Below are positions 38,900 to 51,487 of a stretch of 64,000 nucleotides of DNA, piece after piece. Numbering within the stretch: position 1 is the stretch's first letter; each line of letters begins with the position of its first letter. The stretch covers positions 15,182,597 to 15,246,596 of the forward strand of contig NC_057751.1 of the NCBI RefSeq assembly GCF_004010195.1. The letters run 5' to 3'. A program made the translations under genes and the position numbers. This stretch comes from Chiloscyllium plagiosum. Taxonomy: Eukaryota. The notes under the pieces are model-generated. The model did not search any database. It had not been told where the DNA came from and was given only the letters and a program-made list of their open reading frames with translations.

Positions 38900-40800
38900 G
38901 ATATTTTATATTCTTTGGAGTGATTTTCAGCCATAGAAACACAACAACTGTCACTGGAGAAAATTTGCTGTGGAAACTAATGGGGTTAAAGGTCAATACG
39001 TCCTCTGGGCCTGACAAAATGCATTTTTTGATATTAAAATAAATAGCTACAGGGATAGTGGATACACTGCTAGTAATCTTCCAAGAATTTTGATGTGGAA
39101 AATAGCCCAGTATGTCCTGTACATAAGAAGCAGGTATGGAATGAGCTGCAAGAGGAAGTGGTGGAGGCTGGTACAATTGCAACATTTAGAAGGCACCTGG
39201 GTGGGTATATGAATAGGAAGGGTTTGGAGGGATATGGGCCGGGTGCTGGCAGGTGGGACTAGATTGGGTTGGGATATCTGGTCGGCATGGACGAGTTGGA
39301 CCAAAGGGTCTGTTTCCGTGTTGTTCATCTCTATGACTCTAATTCTTAGATTCTGGAAAAGTCCCAGATGATTGGAAAACTGCCCATGTAACACCTTTTG
39401 TTATCTAAAAAAGGAAGGAAATAAAAACAGGTAACTACAGAAGAGCTCACTTAGGATCTGTTATTGGGAAAATGTCAGAATCTATGATTAAAAAGTGTAA
39501 TAGCAGATCATTTAGAAATGCATAAAACAATCAAACAGAGTTGGCATGAATTTATGGAGGTGAAATCATGCCTGTCAAAGTTATTAGGATCATTTGAGGA
39601 AGTTACAAGTAAGATAGATAAAAGGGTAGTAGTAGATTTAACATACTTGGATTTTCAGATGTGTTTGAAGTCCACACATTAAGTTATTGAATAAAATAAG
39701 AACTCATGGTGTTGGATGTCATATGTTAGCATGTGTGGCACATGGGTTAACAAATAGAAGACAGAGATTTTAGATGAGAATTTTTTAGACTGGGAACATG
39801 TAAATATTGGTGTGCTACAGAAATGTGTGCAAGGATCACTATTATTTACACTGTATGTCAGTGACTTGGGTCAGTAAAGTGAATGCACTTTTGCCAAGTT
39901 TGTGGATGACAAAAATATATGGGTATGCAAGTAGTGAGGATGGCACAAGGCATCTGTAGAAGGATATAGACAGGTTGCATGAGTGGGCAAAAACTTTGTG
40001 GATGGAATTTAGTGCGGGGCAATGTGAGCTTATGCATTTTTGGAGGAAGAATAGGGGAGCTGGCTATTACTTAAATGGAGAAAGACTGCAGAAAGCTATA
40101 TCACAGAGGGATTTGTGGTCCTTGTCAATGAATCATGAAAAGCTAGCATCCAAGTTCAGCAGGTAATAGGGGAGGCAAGTGGAATGTTGGCCTTTATCTC
40201 AAAGGAAATGGAATATAAAAGTAGGAAGGGTTTGCAAAAGCCAAACAAGGCACTGGTCAAACCCCAACTGAAATAACATGAACAGTTTTGGACCCCATAT
40301 CTAATGAAAGACATACTGGCATTGAAGACAGTCCAGGGAATATTCACAAGACTGAAACCAGAGGGACTGTTTTGATGATGTGTTGATAAGGCTGGGCCCA
40401 TACTCATTAGAATATAAAAGAATGAGAGTTACAGTTATTGAAACATACATGGTTATTAGAGGACGTGACAGGGTTTATGTGAAAAGGTTATTTCCCTTTG
40501 TGGGAGATTCTAAAACCAGAGGGCAAAATCTCAGAATCAGGGGTCACACATTTAAGATGAGGAGAAATGTCTCCTCAAAGGATTCTGAATCTGTGGAATT
40601 CTTTCCCACAGAGAGCTGTCGAGGCCGGGTCTTAAAGTAATTCAAGGCTAGGATAAACAGATTGTTAATCAGTAAGGGAATCAGTGGTTGTGGGAAAAGC
40701 TAGGAAGCTGGAGTTGATGATTACCAGATCAGCACAATTTCATTGAATGGCAGAGCAGAGTCAATGGGCTGAATGACCTACATCTGCTCATGTGTTATAG
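38900..40800 (+). mobile_element. Old CR1 LINE (RT region to tail) with a younger CR1 3' end nested at ~39135-39341
   Basis: KFVDD and WAKTLWMEFSAGQCELMHF remnants; nested tail ctctatgactcta. Confidence 0.8.
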
Positions 40801-42164
40801 TCACCAGTCACCATTCTAAATCACTCTGAACAGCGATCTGTTACAACAATGGGACATAATTTCCTCCATCCAGAATATGCAGTTTGTTACTTTAATAGCG
40901 TCACAGAATTTTAATTTTAGTATCAGTTCCTGCACCATTGAAAAGATCTTCATTTGCACCCATCCATAGATGTTAGTGACTGCCATCCAGTCACAGAGCA
41001 TGGAAACAGACCCTTCGGTCCAACCAAGTCTTAGCCATTATGGCATAGGAAGGGATCATTTCATTCCTCATACATCCTACTCCCCCAGTTGATCTTTGTT
41101 TGTGTCAGTATACTTCATCATCTTGGTTTCCATCACCTCCATAAGTAGAAATAACGAGGGCATAAAAAATGCTTCTCTTTCTCAAAATCTAGACATTTGT
41201 CCCCTTGTTCTTGTATAAGCAGCTAACAGAAACCACTTATCTTTTTTACATTCTTGAATCACTACCATGTAGTGCAGGTACATCCACCATGCTGTTAGGG
41301 AGGGAATTCCAGGATTTTGAGCCGGTGACAATGAATAAACAGTTGTGATGTGGCAGGGTTGTAGGTGGTTGTCACTGCCTCCAGGTGTTGATGTGAGGGT
41401 TGTGTCGCAGGCTGGAGCAGTATAATCAGGTTAACAAGGAAGTGGAGCAGGAGGTGTATAGAGTGTGAGCTGGAAATGATGAGCCAGTATCTTAATGACA
41501 ATTCATGTTTTCACTTAATCTGTTAACTCCATTACTGTGTAGAACAGCAAATATGACATTTCCTTCACTTTGAGGCCATTTCTTTCAATATTAGGAAACA
41601 GTAATATCCAAAGATGCGAAATTGCCCACAGTCGTCAAGGATTGAGTAGGCTGGGCCAATATGCCAGGAAGCATGCAAGGATAGAGGGATGGGATTGGTC
41701 TGGGTCAGTTGCTCCTTGGAAGTTTGGTGTGGACTCAGAGTCATTGAGCTCTACAGCATGGAAACAGACTCTTTGGCTTCATTTCGTCCAGGCTGACCAG
41801 ATATCATAAATTAATCTAGTTTTGTTTGCCAGCATTTGGCCCATATCCAACTAAATCTTTCCTGTGCATACACCAATCGAAATGCCTCTGAAATTTTGAA
41901 ACTGCAGCCACCTCTGATAGCTCTGACTCGACGGACCGAATGGCTCTGCTTGCATCCTATGGGGATTCTTTCCAGTTGCATCAGGTGAACAATAGGGTTT
42001 AGAGGTGGACGCAGTGCTATCTGGAATGATGAGCCAGTGCTCTGGGAAGCTGGTGGACTGTGTTCTGTCGGAAAACCTCCGGCCAGAGGGGGCAGTGTAA
42101 GCGGAGGGCGGTCCGGTCGGGACGCATGCGCCATGTGCAGCCTCAGCGGGCAGGCGCAGTGAGA

Positions 42165-42245
42165 CCCCAGCTCTCTCCTTCACGTTGCCCTCTCGGAGGC
42201 AGCGGCTCACTCGGCTTTGATCACCAGGAGGCATCGAGGCTGCAG
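42165..42245 (+). other. VDAC3: VDAC3 non-coding first exon (5' boundary approximate)
   Basis: Consensus donor CAG|GTAAGG at 42243-42251 inside the CpG island, downstream of the NRF1 motif. The TSS is not determinable from sequence. Confidence 0.7.
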
Positions 42246-42390
42246 GTAAGGAGAGCACAGCGCACTCCCTGCTCTCCCCGGGGGTTGGGCGGTGGCGAAG
42301 GCGAAGAAAGAGAGAGTCCCCGGCTGCCGTCCTGGAGCCCGCCCGCCAGCGAGCAGAGGCCTTACCCAAGGCCCCCTCCTCTCCCTGACC

Positions 42391-42429
42391 CTGGGGCTGG
42401 GGCTGGGGCTGGGGCTGGGGCTGGGGGGG
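42391..42429 (+). repeat. (CTGGGG)n tandem repeat, six G-runs, potential G-quadruplex
   Basis: Read directly; ~150 nt downstream of the exon-1 donor. Confidence 0.85.
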
Positions 42430-43588
42430 TCCCCGCGGGCCCGCTCCACACGGAGCCTCGGGGGAGGGAGGGTTTCACTTCCACGTGTGGAGGAGCCCGA
42501 CCTGCATCCTGCCCCTTCAAATACCTTCCGCCCATTAACACCCCGCCCCCAACACTGCTTCCCCCGCCCTCCGCCTACCCCTCTTGGTTATTCCAAGAAA
42601 AGTTTGATGGGCGAAAAGGTGACCTTGTCAAGGCAGAGGATTATATTATTAATGCTGGTTTCATTCTCTCGGGCGCGTTTTGCATTGTCCTTTGGACATT
42701 GATCCCAACGTGCTTTCTTCTCTGGCTGAAAGTTAATCATCAGTGGGGTGTGATGCCATTATTTGAGAATGCAAACTGGACACGTTCTAGATGTTTTCCA
42801 ACTCACCTTTTTCAGAGATGTCACCGTACACACCCCTGGAGCAGATGAGACTTGAAGCCACCTGGCTCAGAGGAGTGGGCTGTTTCTGCACAGGGTGGCC
42901 GATACTGGCACCTAATCAGGCTAATTGAAATCAGCTTTCATGCATCAAACATACGCAGCCCATCAACATCACTGGTTGCAGAATCCTGCCACTCTCGCAC
43001 CCTCCTATCGAAGAGTCCCAGGGCAAATACAGTGCACAGTTGGAAACAGAGTAATACTCCCTCCAGACAGACCCCATCAAACACGCCCAGGACGGGTTTA
43101 GGTACAGAATAATTCATCCTCTACACTGTCCACATCAAGCAGTCCCAGTTACATAATGTCACGTTCTTTGCTTCAGGGTGCTTCATAGACAAGTCCATTG
43201 AGGGTCCATCCTGTGGCATGTCGGGATAATATTTGCCGCTATTGTTGAATTTTTCTGTTGTTGTACTGTGACCAAACTACTGCCTAATTTCATTTAACCT
43301 TGAACTCAAAGGTAGCAGGCAGAGTTAAGTATCGTAGTCAGTTAGCATTGGAATTGAACTGGCCAAAACAGCAGTGTCTACTCAATCTGCCACAAGCTTA
43401 CCAACCTCAACTTGCAATCACGGGCTGAGTGACTGTAGTGTTGAATAGACCAGAATGCAGAAGAAACACTAGTCTGAACTGTTTCAGGTTGCTTCTCTTG
43501 ATTTGTTTAAATGAACTTTGTAGAGACTGAAGAGTACCTATCTCCCTGTTAAATCATACTGCTAGAATGCTGGATGTGGCTGAGTGAA

Positions 43589-44392
43589 CATAGAGTCATA
43601 GAGGTGTACAGCATAGAAACAGACCCTTCGGTCCAACCTGTCCATGTCGACCAGATAACCCAACCCAACCCAATCTCGTCCCACCTGCCAGCACCTGGCC
43701 CATATTCTTCCAAACCCTTCCTATTCATATACCCATCCAAATGCCTCTTAAATGTTGCAATTGTACCAGCCTCCACCACATCCTCTAGCAGCTCATTCCA
43801 TACACGTACCACCCTCTGCATGAAAAAGTTGCCCCTTAGGTCTCTTTTATATCTTTCCCCTCTCACCCTAAACCTGTGCCCTCTAGTTCTGGACTCCCCG
43901 ATCCCAGGGAAAAGACTTTGTCTATTTATCCTATCCATGCCTCTCATAATTTTATAAACCTCTATAAGGTTACCCCTCAGCCTCCGACGCTCCAGGGAAA
44001 ACAGCCCCAGCCTGTTCAGCCTCTCCCTATAGCTCAAATCCTCCAACCCTGGCAACATCCTTGTGAATCTTTTCTGAACCCTTTCAAGTTTCACAACATC
44101 TTTCCGATAGGAAGGAGACTAGAATTGCACGCAATGTCCTGTACAGCCGCAACATGACCTCCCAACTCCTGTATTCAATACTCTGACCAATAAAGGAAAG
44201 CATACCAAATGCCGCCTTCACTATCCTATCTACCTGCGACTCCACTTTCAAGGAGCTATGAACTTGCACTCCAAGGTCTCTTTGTTCAGCAACACTCCCT
44301 AGGACCTTGCCATTAAGTGTTTCAGTCCTGCCAAGATTTGCTTTCCCAAAATGCAACACCTCGCATTTATCTGAATTAAACTCCATCTGCCA
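43589..44392 (-). mobile_element. Relatively young CR1/HER1 LINE 3' fragment in VDAC3 intron 1
   Basis: Long open peptide KLERVQKRFTRMLPGLEDLSYRERLNRLGLFSLERRRLRG...; tail (CTATGACT)-like. Confidence 0.95.
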
Positions 44393-45470
44393 TGGTCAGC
44401 ATTACTCATACAGACTTTGCATTACAAGTCATGTGTGCTCTCTCTAATCTTGTTGAAACTTAACTTAACCATACCCTTAACAAAAGTAATCATCTGTCAA
44501 TTTGTCAATACTATGTTCTCGTGAGAAACATTGAGTGGCCCAAGATGCCTCTCAGAGGTTTCCTATCAAATTGAGAAGGTTAATGGGTGATCTGATCGAC
44601 ATCTTCAAGATATGAACAGGACCAGACAGGGTAGATCAAGGTCAATGATTTCCACTGGTTGGAGATTCGAGAACGAGAGGTAGCAGAGTCTGAGAATGAG
44701 GGTCCAGAGGTGGCAGAGAGCTGGATTGGTGAATTTTTTGGGGCAAGTTGTCTTGCCTGTATTTGACGGTTTACTTTGACTTGTCAGAATCTGAACATTT
44801 TTCAGTGTGTCGCTCAAGTTGGTTTCCTTTGAAATATTAGAAGTTGGTGCTTTACTGAGCAGGATGAGATGCTGAAGGATCTAATTGGACCTTTGAATTC
44901 TTAGGCCCATTGCTGTGTTATTATTCCAGCACTGGAGGTTGTACCTGTGTCAGATTACTCTTCTGCAAGGTGGCAATCTGTAAATGATACTTTTTCACCC
45001 TTGAGGCTACTAGTGGTGTGTAACATTAGTACAGATCAATCACTGGTGTTATGGTGGGAGAGGCAGCTTAATTGAGCAACAGAAGTGTATTACAGAACTG
45101 TATTCAATTTGATGAGTTCTTTTAATGCTGCAGGGAGAGGAATTTCAGTATTTGTAACTCAATGGCACAATTTGTAACAGTGCCAGTGTGTTGGATCTTA
45201 TAAAGATGCATTGGTGTCAGTCCACATTTACAACTCTGGTAGTAATATTGAGAAAGATGTGTGACATATGTCACTTGAAGCACTGAAGTTTGCAAGTCAT
45301 TGTGTAGCTGTCTGTTGATCTTTGAATTCTGAAGTTTCACTGTGACTAAAGATGACCAATAACTGTGGCTTCATGTTGTGCTTACTACATGAAGAATTGA
45401 AGTAAGAGATGTTCACATGTCAGTTACTTTGTGTTGGTGCCTAATGAATTGTCTCCTTTCCAAAGGCAGA

Positions 45471-45537
45471 ATGTCTGTGCCACCATCATATGCAGACTTG
45501 GGGAAATCCAGTCGGGATCTCTTCACGAAAGGATATG
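45471..45537 (+). CDS. VDAC3: VDAC3 first coding exon, [22 protein letters not shown](G)
   Basis: Classic VDAC N-terminal helix, 67 coding nt, donor gtgag. The acceptor is either AAG at 45463-45465 or CAG at 45467-45469. Confidence 0.97.
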
Positions 45538-47179
45538 GTGAGCAGCCTTTTCTTCCTTCCTCAATTCTTTAGAAACTCCTCTCAGACTCATGCGTGAGTT
45601 AGCTAAATGTCACAAATGTGTTTTTGTGAAATAATGGATGTAGTCTTTACATGAGGAGCTGATTTCATCAGAAAAAGAAATGTAATTTACATTCTTGTAG
45701 CACATGAACTTGTCTCTCATCTCTCCTACAATCAAGGATACTGTCATTAATAGGAATATGTGGCACCTGAACATGAATGAAGAGTGGGGTAAAAACGCTC
45801 TGTATCCTGTGAATCCTTCATGTAAAAGCTGAAGGAAATAAAATGGTGCATATGTTGCTTAGAAACCTTTCTATCTCAGAGCACCAGTGACAGTCACACG
45901 CCCAGCAGTGTAAGCAGAGAGCAATTGCAATCTGATATGGTCTGGAAATGATAGCAGTGGGAATATCAGTTGATTGCAATGACTCCTAAAACTGACTGGG
46001 TATGTGTTCTGCAGTGTTCACACTGCTGTTGGATGTTGTACTTCAAATCATTGTTGATGGCTCAGATTTCAGAATTTACAGATTAGCTGCTCATATTCTT
46101 CGGTTGAGACAGTGCCTCTGCCTCTGAAACCATGCAGAATAACATATCCTTTGGCCCCCTTCGTTGCTACCCAGGAAAAGCATTTGTTAATAAACTGCAG
46201 CGAGAGTTATTCAGAAGCTTCATGACAGGAGTTGGCTGTTCAACTCCATTGAATTTGCTGTACTGTTTCATTGGAACTGGTACATTGATCAGTCCCTAGC
46301 CATTACTCTAGTGTTGATTACGCACTTCCTTTCTCGGTAAATACATCGGCCCCTTTTGAAACCTGAAGTCAGCTTTGCGTCTGGGACAGTGCATAAATGC
46401 ACTCCTGGATTTGGTCTCAGTTCAGATCAAAAGTGAAGTTTTTAACTCCTTTTCTGGATTCCCGTTTGAGAGGGAAGAATTGTATCCCTGGTGTCCTGCT
46501 TATTTCCATTCTAATATTGTGTCTTAACTGGATTATTTACTAAGTCTCTCTAATATCTACTAACAATCCACTTGGATATCATGACTTCCCCTTACTGTGG
46601 GCACTGAGATAATTCATTTGTTAACTTTTGGCAAGTCTAATGCATTTAATTGAATGGCATTGCAGACTTTAGTATTACAGATGAGAACCAAATGGTAGTC
46701 GAATGACCTTGATGAATCATTCACCTTGTTGATCTTTTTAGTAACTAGCTTATGAACATCTTGAAGCCCAGCCCTCAATAGTCCTCTGTAAGCTATTCTC
46801 CCACCTGGTTTTTTGTATTTTGAAGTGTGCAGTATTGTACATCTCAAATTAGACTACATTGGCTGTACCTTTTGACAGCTTCGTAACTAGCCTATTTATC
46901 GTCATCTGAACTTGGTTTGGGTGAGAGGACAGTATGCGTGAATGGAAAATGGTAGGACTGTGTGCCAATCTCAGGGCGTGCCATGTGTTCTAGTTGCCAG
47001 AATATGAGAATATCTCTTTTGTATGTGTCGTTGAAAACCTCTCCTCAGCCTTGTTTGAGTACAGCCCCTCTCACAATGACTTCAGAATTCCTATCCAAAT
47101 CATGAATTAGCTGAATTGTTAGCTGGTATTGTGTTGTTCGTGCTTTTATCAAATGAGACCATTAGATCTATAATCCATC

Positions 47180-47780
47180 AACTGGGATTAGAGGGTTTCA
47201 GTTGTAAGGAGAGGCTGGATAGGCTGGGACTTTTTCACTGGGCGGTATAAAGTTGAGGGGTGACCTTTTTACATAGATGTAAAAGCATAGCTTAGGTGAA
47301 TGGCATCTGCCTTTACACTAAGGTGGGGGAGTTCAAACCGAGGGCATATTTTTAAGGTGAGAGGAGATAGATTTAAAAGGAATTTGAGGTGCGTCTTCGC
47401 ACAGAGGATGGTTCATGTGTAGAATGAACTGCCAGAAGTGGTAGATGCGGGTACAGTTACAACATTTAAGACACATCTGGGCAGGTACATGAATAGGACA
47501 GATCTCCAGAGGAACCTCAAATATCTGAGCAACACGACAGTGGAGTATTTTGTTCAGATAATTGAATGCTGGATAACACAGTTTAGCCAAGCATCAGAAC
47601 CTTGCAATCTTCAATGGATAATCTGAAATTCGGATAATTGACGTTCGGGTAATCGAAGTCCCGCTGTACAGAGGTATGGGCCAAATGCAGGCAAGTGGGA
47701 TGAATTGGGTTTGGAGAAACCTGATCGGCATGGACGAGTTGGATTGAAGGATCTGTTATGTGATGTGTGACGGTGACTCA
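47180..47780 (+). mobile_element. CR1 3' fragment interrupted by a MITE
   Basis: gagaggctggataggctgggac...VDAGTVTTFKTHL...gggccaaatgcaggcaagtggga. Confidence 0.8.
47507..47666. mobile_element. Tc1/mariner (pogo/Tigger-like) MITE
   Basis: Imperfect TIRs CAGAGGAACCTCAATATCTGAGC and GTTCGGGTAATCGAAGTCCCGCTG; TA on the right flank, left flank TC. Confidence 0.65.
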
Positions 47781-48649
47781 ATGATTCTATCTCGGTATTA
47801 GCTTTTACAGAGGCAAGGCTTATCAGCTTAGACACATGTGCTTACTCAAATTGCACGGTCCCTGATTCTGGGACATTTCCCAAGAGCTGCTGCAGATGCA
47901 ATGGGCTGAACGGCAGCAGTTTTGAGATTGACAATACTTCCAACTTGCAATGTTTTCAAACTCACTTTTGTCAGAGGCAGCATTATATTTGTAAAAAGTT
48001 CCATTTTATTTCACAGATAGCATGCCTGCTGTGTCTGCTTGGCTTTTGCCAGTTCATTTCTTGCCAGCCAGTTTTCACAGTCACCCATGCTCAGTATCTT
48101 GCTCCCCTCCCTTTTGAAATCGAAAGCCCTCATGGATAATGAAGGAACTCTGTTTCCTTCCTGCTTTTTGAAAGTAGCAGGTCGATGACTGTCTCTGCGT
48201 GGTTTCTGGTTCTGCCTCCTACTCAGTTTCTCTGTCGGCGCAGCTGTTGCATAAGCTGACTTGTGACTTTTGACTTGAATGTTCATGTTGAATAGGGGCA
48301 AGAGATTAATTTTGATAAACTAACTCAGCCTTTATATGATCAATAATAACAGGAGCACTCACCAAGTGCTTTGCGCTTGCAAATGAACATGTGGGACAGT
48401 TGCAATTCCGAATTCCTTCTTGCTAGTACTAGTAGTGCTGATGTAATCATTCTTGATATAGTAACTTAGTGCCTTGCAAAACAATTCCAAGAGTGACATT
48501 TGAATTTCCAGTCACTCTGAGCTACTGTGCAGTTTATTCGGATAAAGAAGTCTGTCGACTCCAGACTGTACTCTGAAATGATTCAGAATTGTCTAGGATT
48601 TAGAATTGAGTGGAACCCTGTAAATGCTTTCAACTGGTGATATAAAATC

Positions 48650-49110
48650 ATCAAGATGTATGGCATGGAAACAGACCCTTTGGTCCAACTTGTCCATGTT
48701 GACCAGATATCCTAAATTAATCTAGTCCTATTTGCTAGCACTTGGTCCATATCCCTCTACACCCTTCCTATTCACATGCCTATCCAGATGCCTTTTAAAT
48801 GCAGTAATTGTACTTGCCTCCACCACTTCCTCTGGCAGCTCATTCCATACATGCACCACCCTCTGGCCCATCTGATCAAGATCCTGTTGTAATCTGAAGT
48901 AACCTTCTTCGTTGTTCACTACAACTCCAATTTTAGTGTCATCTGCAAACTCGTTAACTCTACCTCCAATGTTCACATCCAAATCAGTTATATAAATGAC
49001 GAAATGAAGTGGACCCAGCACCGATCCTTATGTCACATGGCTGGTCACAGGTCTCCAGTCTGAAAATCAGCCCTCTACCAATGCCCTTTGTCTTCTACTT
49101 TGAAGCCATT
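48650..49110 (-). mobile_element. CR1 fragment with internal deletion
   Basis: ORF-track peptide fuses FADDTKIG...LQQDLDQMG directly to QRVVHVWNELPEEVV. Confidence 0.88.
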
Positions 49111-49731
49111 TCTTGGAGTTGACTGAGAGCAGACCTTCATGAATCCTGGTTTGGATTTGTACAGCAACTTTCTGTATAGTCCTGTAGCATAAGCTGTATG
49201 CAATGTGTCTTTCTCCCTGGGATTCAAATTGAGTGGATTTTTCATGTGGATTTTTCAAACTATGAAATGCTCTGCATGGTCCTGTTCTCAGCTGAGAAAG
49301 AGAATTAACAAGCTGGGTAACACTGGGTTAACTGGTGTTCAGGATGAGGTTGTCATTTGAAATGGGAACAGGTTCATGTGATGAATAAAAGACATCAGAA
49401 AACGAGCAGAGTTCAACATTATTCCAGTGATAACTTTGGCATTGGTACAAACACAACACAATGCAATGAATTGCCCCAGAGTCAAATCATTCTTTCCACT
49501 ACAAATCCCAGCCATTTTTGAGCACTCGGTGGCTGACTGTGTTGGGCAATAAAGAATTGGAATCATATTTTAGGTAATGTTGGACTTGCTGGGGAAGTGA
49601 AAGACTGTAGGTGAGTTTTAATCTCCAGAATTTGCTGTGGTTTACATTTTGTATTACTTCTGGTGTGTTAATTATGGTGTCTTGAGCTCAGTGCTGATTT
49701 GATCCAACACACTGTTATTTTCATTTCTTAG

Positions 49732-49781
49732 GGTTTGGTTTGGTGAAGCTGGAACTCAAGACCAAATCATCGAGTGGAGTG
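49732..49781 (+). CDS. VDAC3: VDAC3 coding exon, (G)FGLVKLELKTKSSSGV
   Basis: 50-nt exon with ttag acceptor and gtgag donor; frame continues from the previous exon. Confidence 0.97.
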
Positions 49782-50766
49782 GTGAGTTTTCAAAGTTTGT
49801 GGGAGGCAGATGTGGTGGACCAGGTTATTGAGAAAGCAGAAACACTCCAGATCAAAATGGGCAGCAATGTCTTAATCAGATAGTGAGAAACAAGACATAA
49901 AGTGTATGTCTTGGTTCATCAATTGCAGGTGAGAGACTTCTCCACAGGCTGGTAGAGTTGCTGTAGGTAATCATTTCTTCTGATGATCAGAGAAGAGTGT
50001 TGTGAAAGATTTGTGTGAGTGGCAAGCTGTGAAGATCATAACAAATAGGTACAGTAGTCAGCCTGATTTGGCCCTTTAGAGTCTGCTTTGCTGTCAGTAA
50101 GATGATGGCTGACTACATTGTGGCCTTAAATACACTTGCCCGATTGTCCCATATATATTTAAAAGCCAAGTCTCCACTGTTTTCTCTTATACTGGTACTA
50201 TTGTATGCCATTCTCCTTGCAATAAATGCCAGAATTCCATTTGCCATGCTCTGAGGACTGTATATATGCTGTAGGTGAGGCTGGGACAAGGTAACGTTAT
50301 GTTGTATCTCGGTATAGAAATGTCAAAGACAGTGCAGTTCCATCAGATAGCTTTAATATTTGTGCATTACTTTTGTTGGCCCAGTATGGATTAATTTTGT
50401 TTGATTATTGAAACAACATGTTCAGACTCGAACGTTCAGTCACTTCTGCAGATGTTTTTCCTAAAAATAACATTTATTCCTGCTCCTCGGTATCCTGCAT
50501 CAAATTTTTCCCTGTTGCGTTGGGCTTCAGATTGGTTCCACAGGTCGGTGCAACATCGAGGCCAAAGGGCCTGTACTGAGCTGTAGTGTTTTATGTTCTG
50601 TGTAGAAACATGACGGCTATACTATCATGAATAAATAGACTGGTAGAATGGAATCCACTGACCATGAGTGTGTTGAAGTTTGCAAAATCTTTTCTCTGCT
50701 TAAAAGTTGAGACTGCCCCCAGGGCTCTGATTTCTCATCTCATGTCTGTTAGACTGCATATTGTCT

Positions 50767-51368
50767 TGTTGTGGACGAGGCCAGACATTCTTAAGCAGGC
50801 AGGCCAGACTGTAACTTTGCAATTTGTTTCAGTAAGTGCACAGAGAAAATTACCCGGACTAAGTTCGCTTGATTGACGACCGGGTTTTAAAACAGACAAA
50901 AATTTATTCATAAAATTACAGAATGTAACACTATGAACAGAATATACACAGAACTCAGTCTATCCAAACTTGACTTGATTCTGCTCTTCTGAAAATATAT
51001 AACAGTCGCAATAAATAACCCCGTTAAACATATAGCAAAAATGAAACAAAGGCTTACAGGTTGAAGTTAGTAGGGCAGAAGGAGAAAGAGTTTGGCAGCC
51101 TGTTTCCACACAGCCCACTGCTGAACTGACTTAAACAAGACTTCAGCTTTCAGGACTGACCACTTCACTTTCATTATACAGGTCACTTCTAAAACATAAA
51201 GCTTTGACCTAAAGTTTCATCTGTTCATGTAAAAACAAAAATGCCTCTCAGTAAGCCCTTTCATCTCTCGACCAAACCAGTCGTTTCAGATCCCAGACTG
51301 TTTTATGACCCCTCTGAGAAAAATCAAGGATACAGTATCCTTTTAGAAAAAGGACCAGCTTTGTGACA
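50767..51368 (-). mobile_element. Solo LTR with 4-bp TSD
   Basis: TGT...ACA termini; GTCT duplicated at 50763-50766 and 51369-51372; minus-strand AATAAA near 50903. Confidence 0.7.
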
Positions 51369-51484
51369 GTCTGTTAGTACTCATGTACAGACCTGATCTT
51401 GCAAGCTGTAATCTAACCTACTTCCTTCCTGTTTGCTTTCTCTGTCCTGCTGCTTGACCACCTTGTGCTGGATTACTCCATCAG

Positions 51485-51487
51485 ATG
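51485..51487 (+). CDS. VDAC3: Putative alternatively spliced 3-nt microexon (ATG, Met) of VDAC3
   Basis: ccatcag|ATG|gtaaga. Branch point CTAAC at 51413-51417, a long pyrimidine tract, TGC motifs, and no AG between 51406 and 51482. Lies in the phase-0 intron after Val39, where mammalian VDAC3 has a known ATG mini-exon. Confidence 0.85.

Larger units (their letters stand above)
42060..42580 (+). promoter_or_regulatory. VDAC3: CpG-island promoter of VDAC3 with NRF1, YY1-like, GC-box and E-box motifs
   Basis: Sharp GC/CpG enrichment. CGCATGCGC (42123-42131) overlaps CGCCATGT; GC boxes near 42105 and 42541; CACGTG at 42482-42487. Confidence 0.85.

Noticed and set aside
42060..42848. 262-aa plus-strand ORF and overlapping ORFs at the CpG island
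   Set aside because: Stop-poor GC-rich promoter sequence; low-complexity product (GAGAGAG from the GGGGCT repeat); crosses the exon-1 donor.
43549..44386. 181-aa and 100-aa RT-like ORFs as an active or domesticated gene
   Set aside because: 5'-truncated CR1 with an internal deletion and frameshift; lacks the RT catalytic core.
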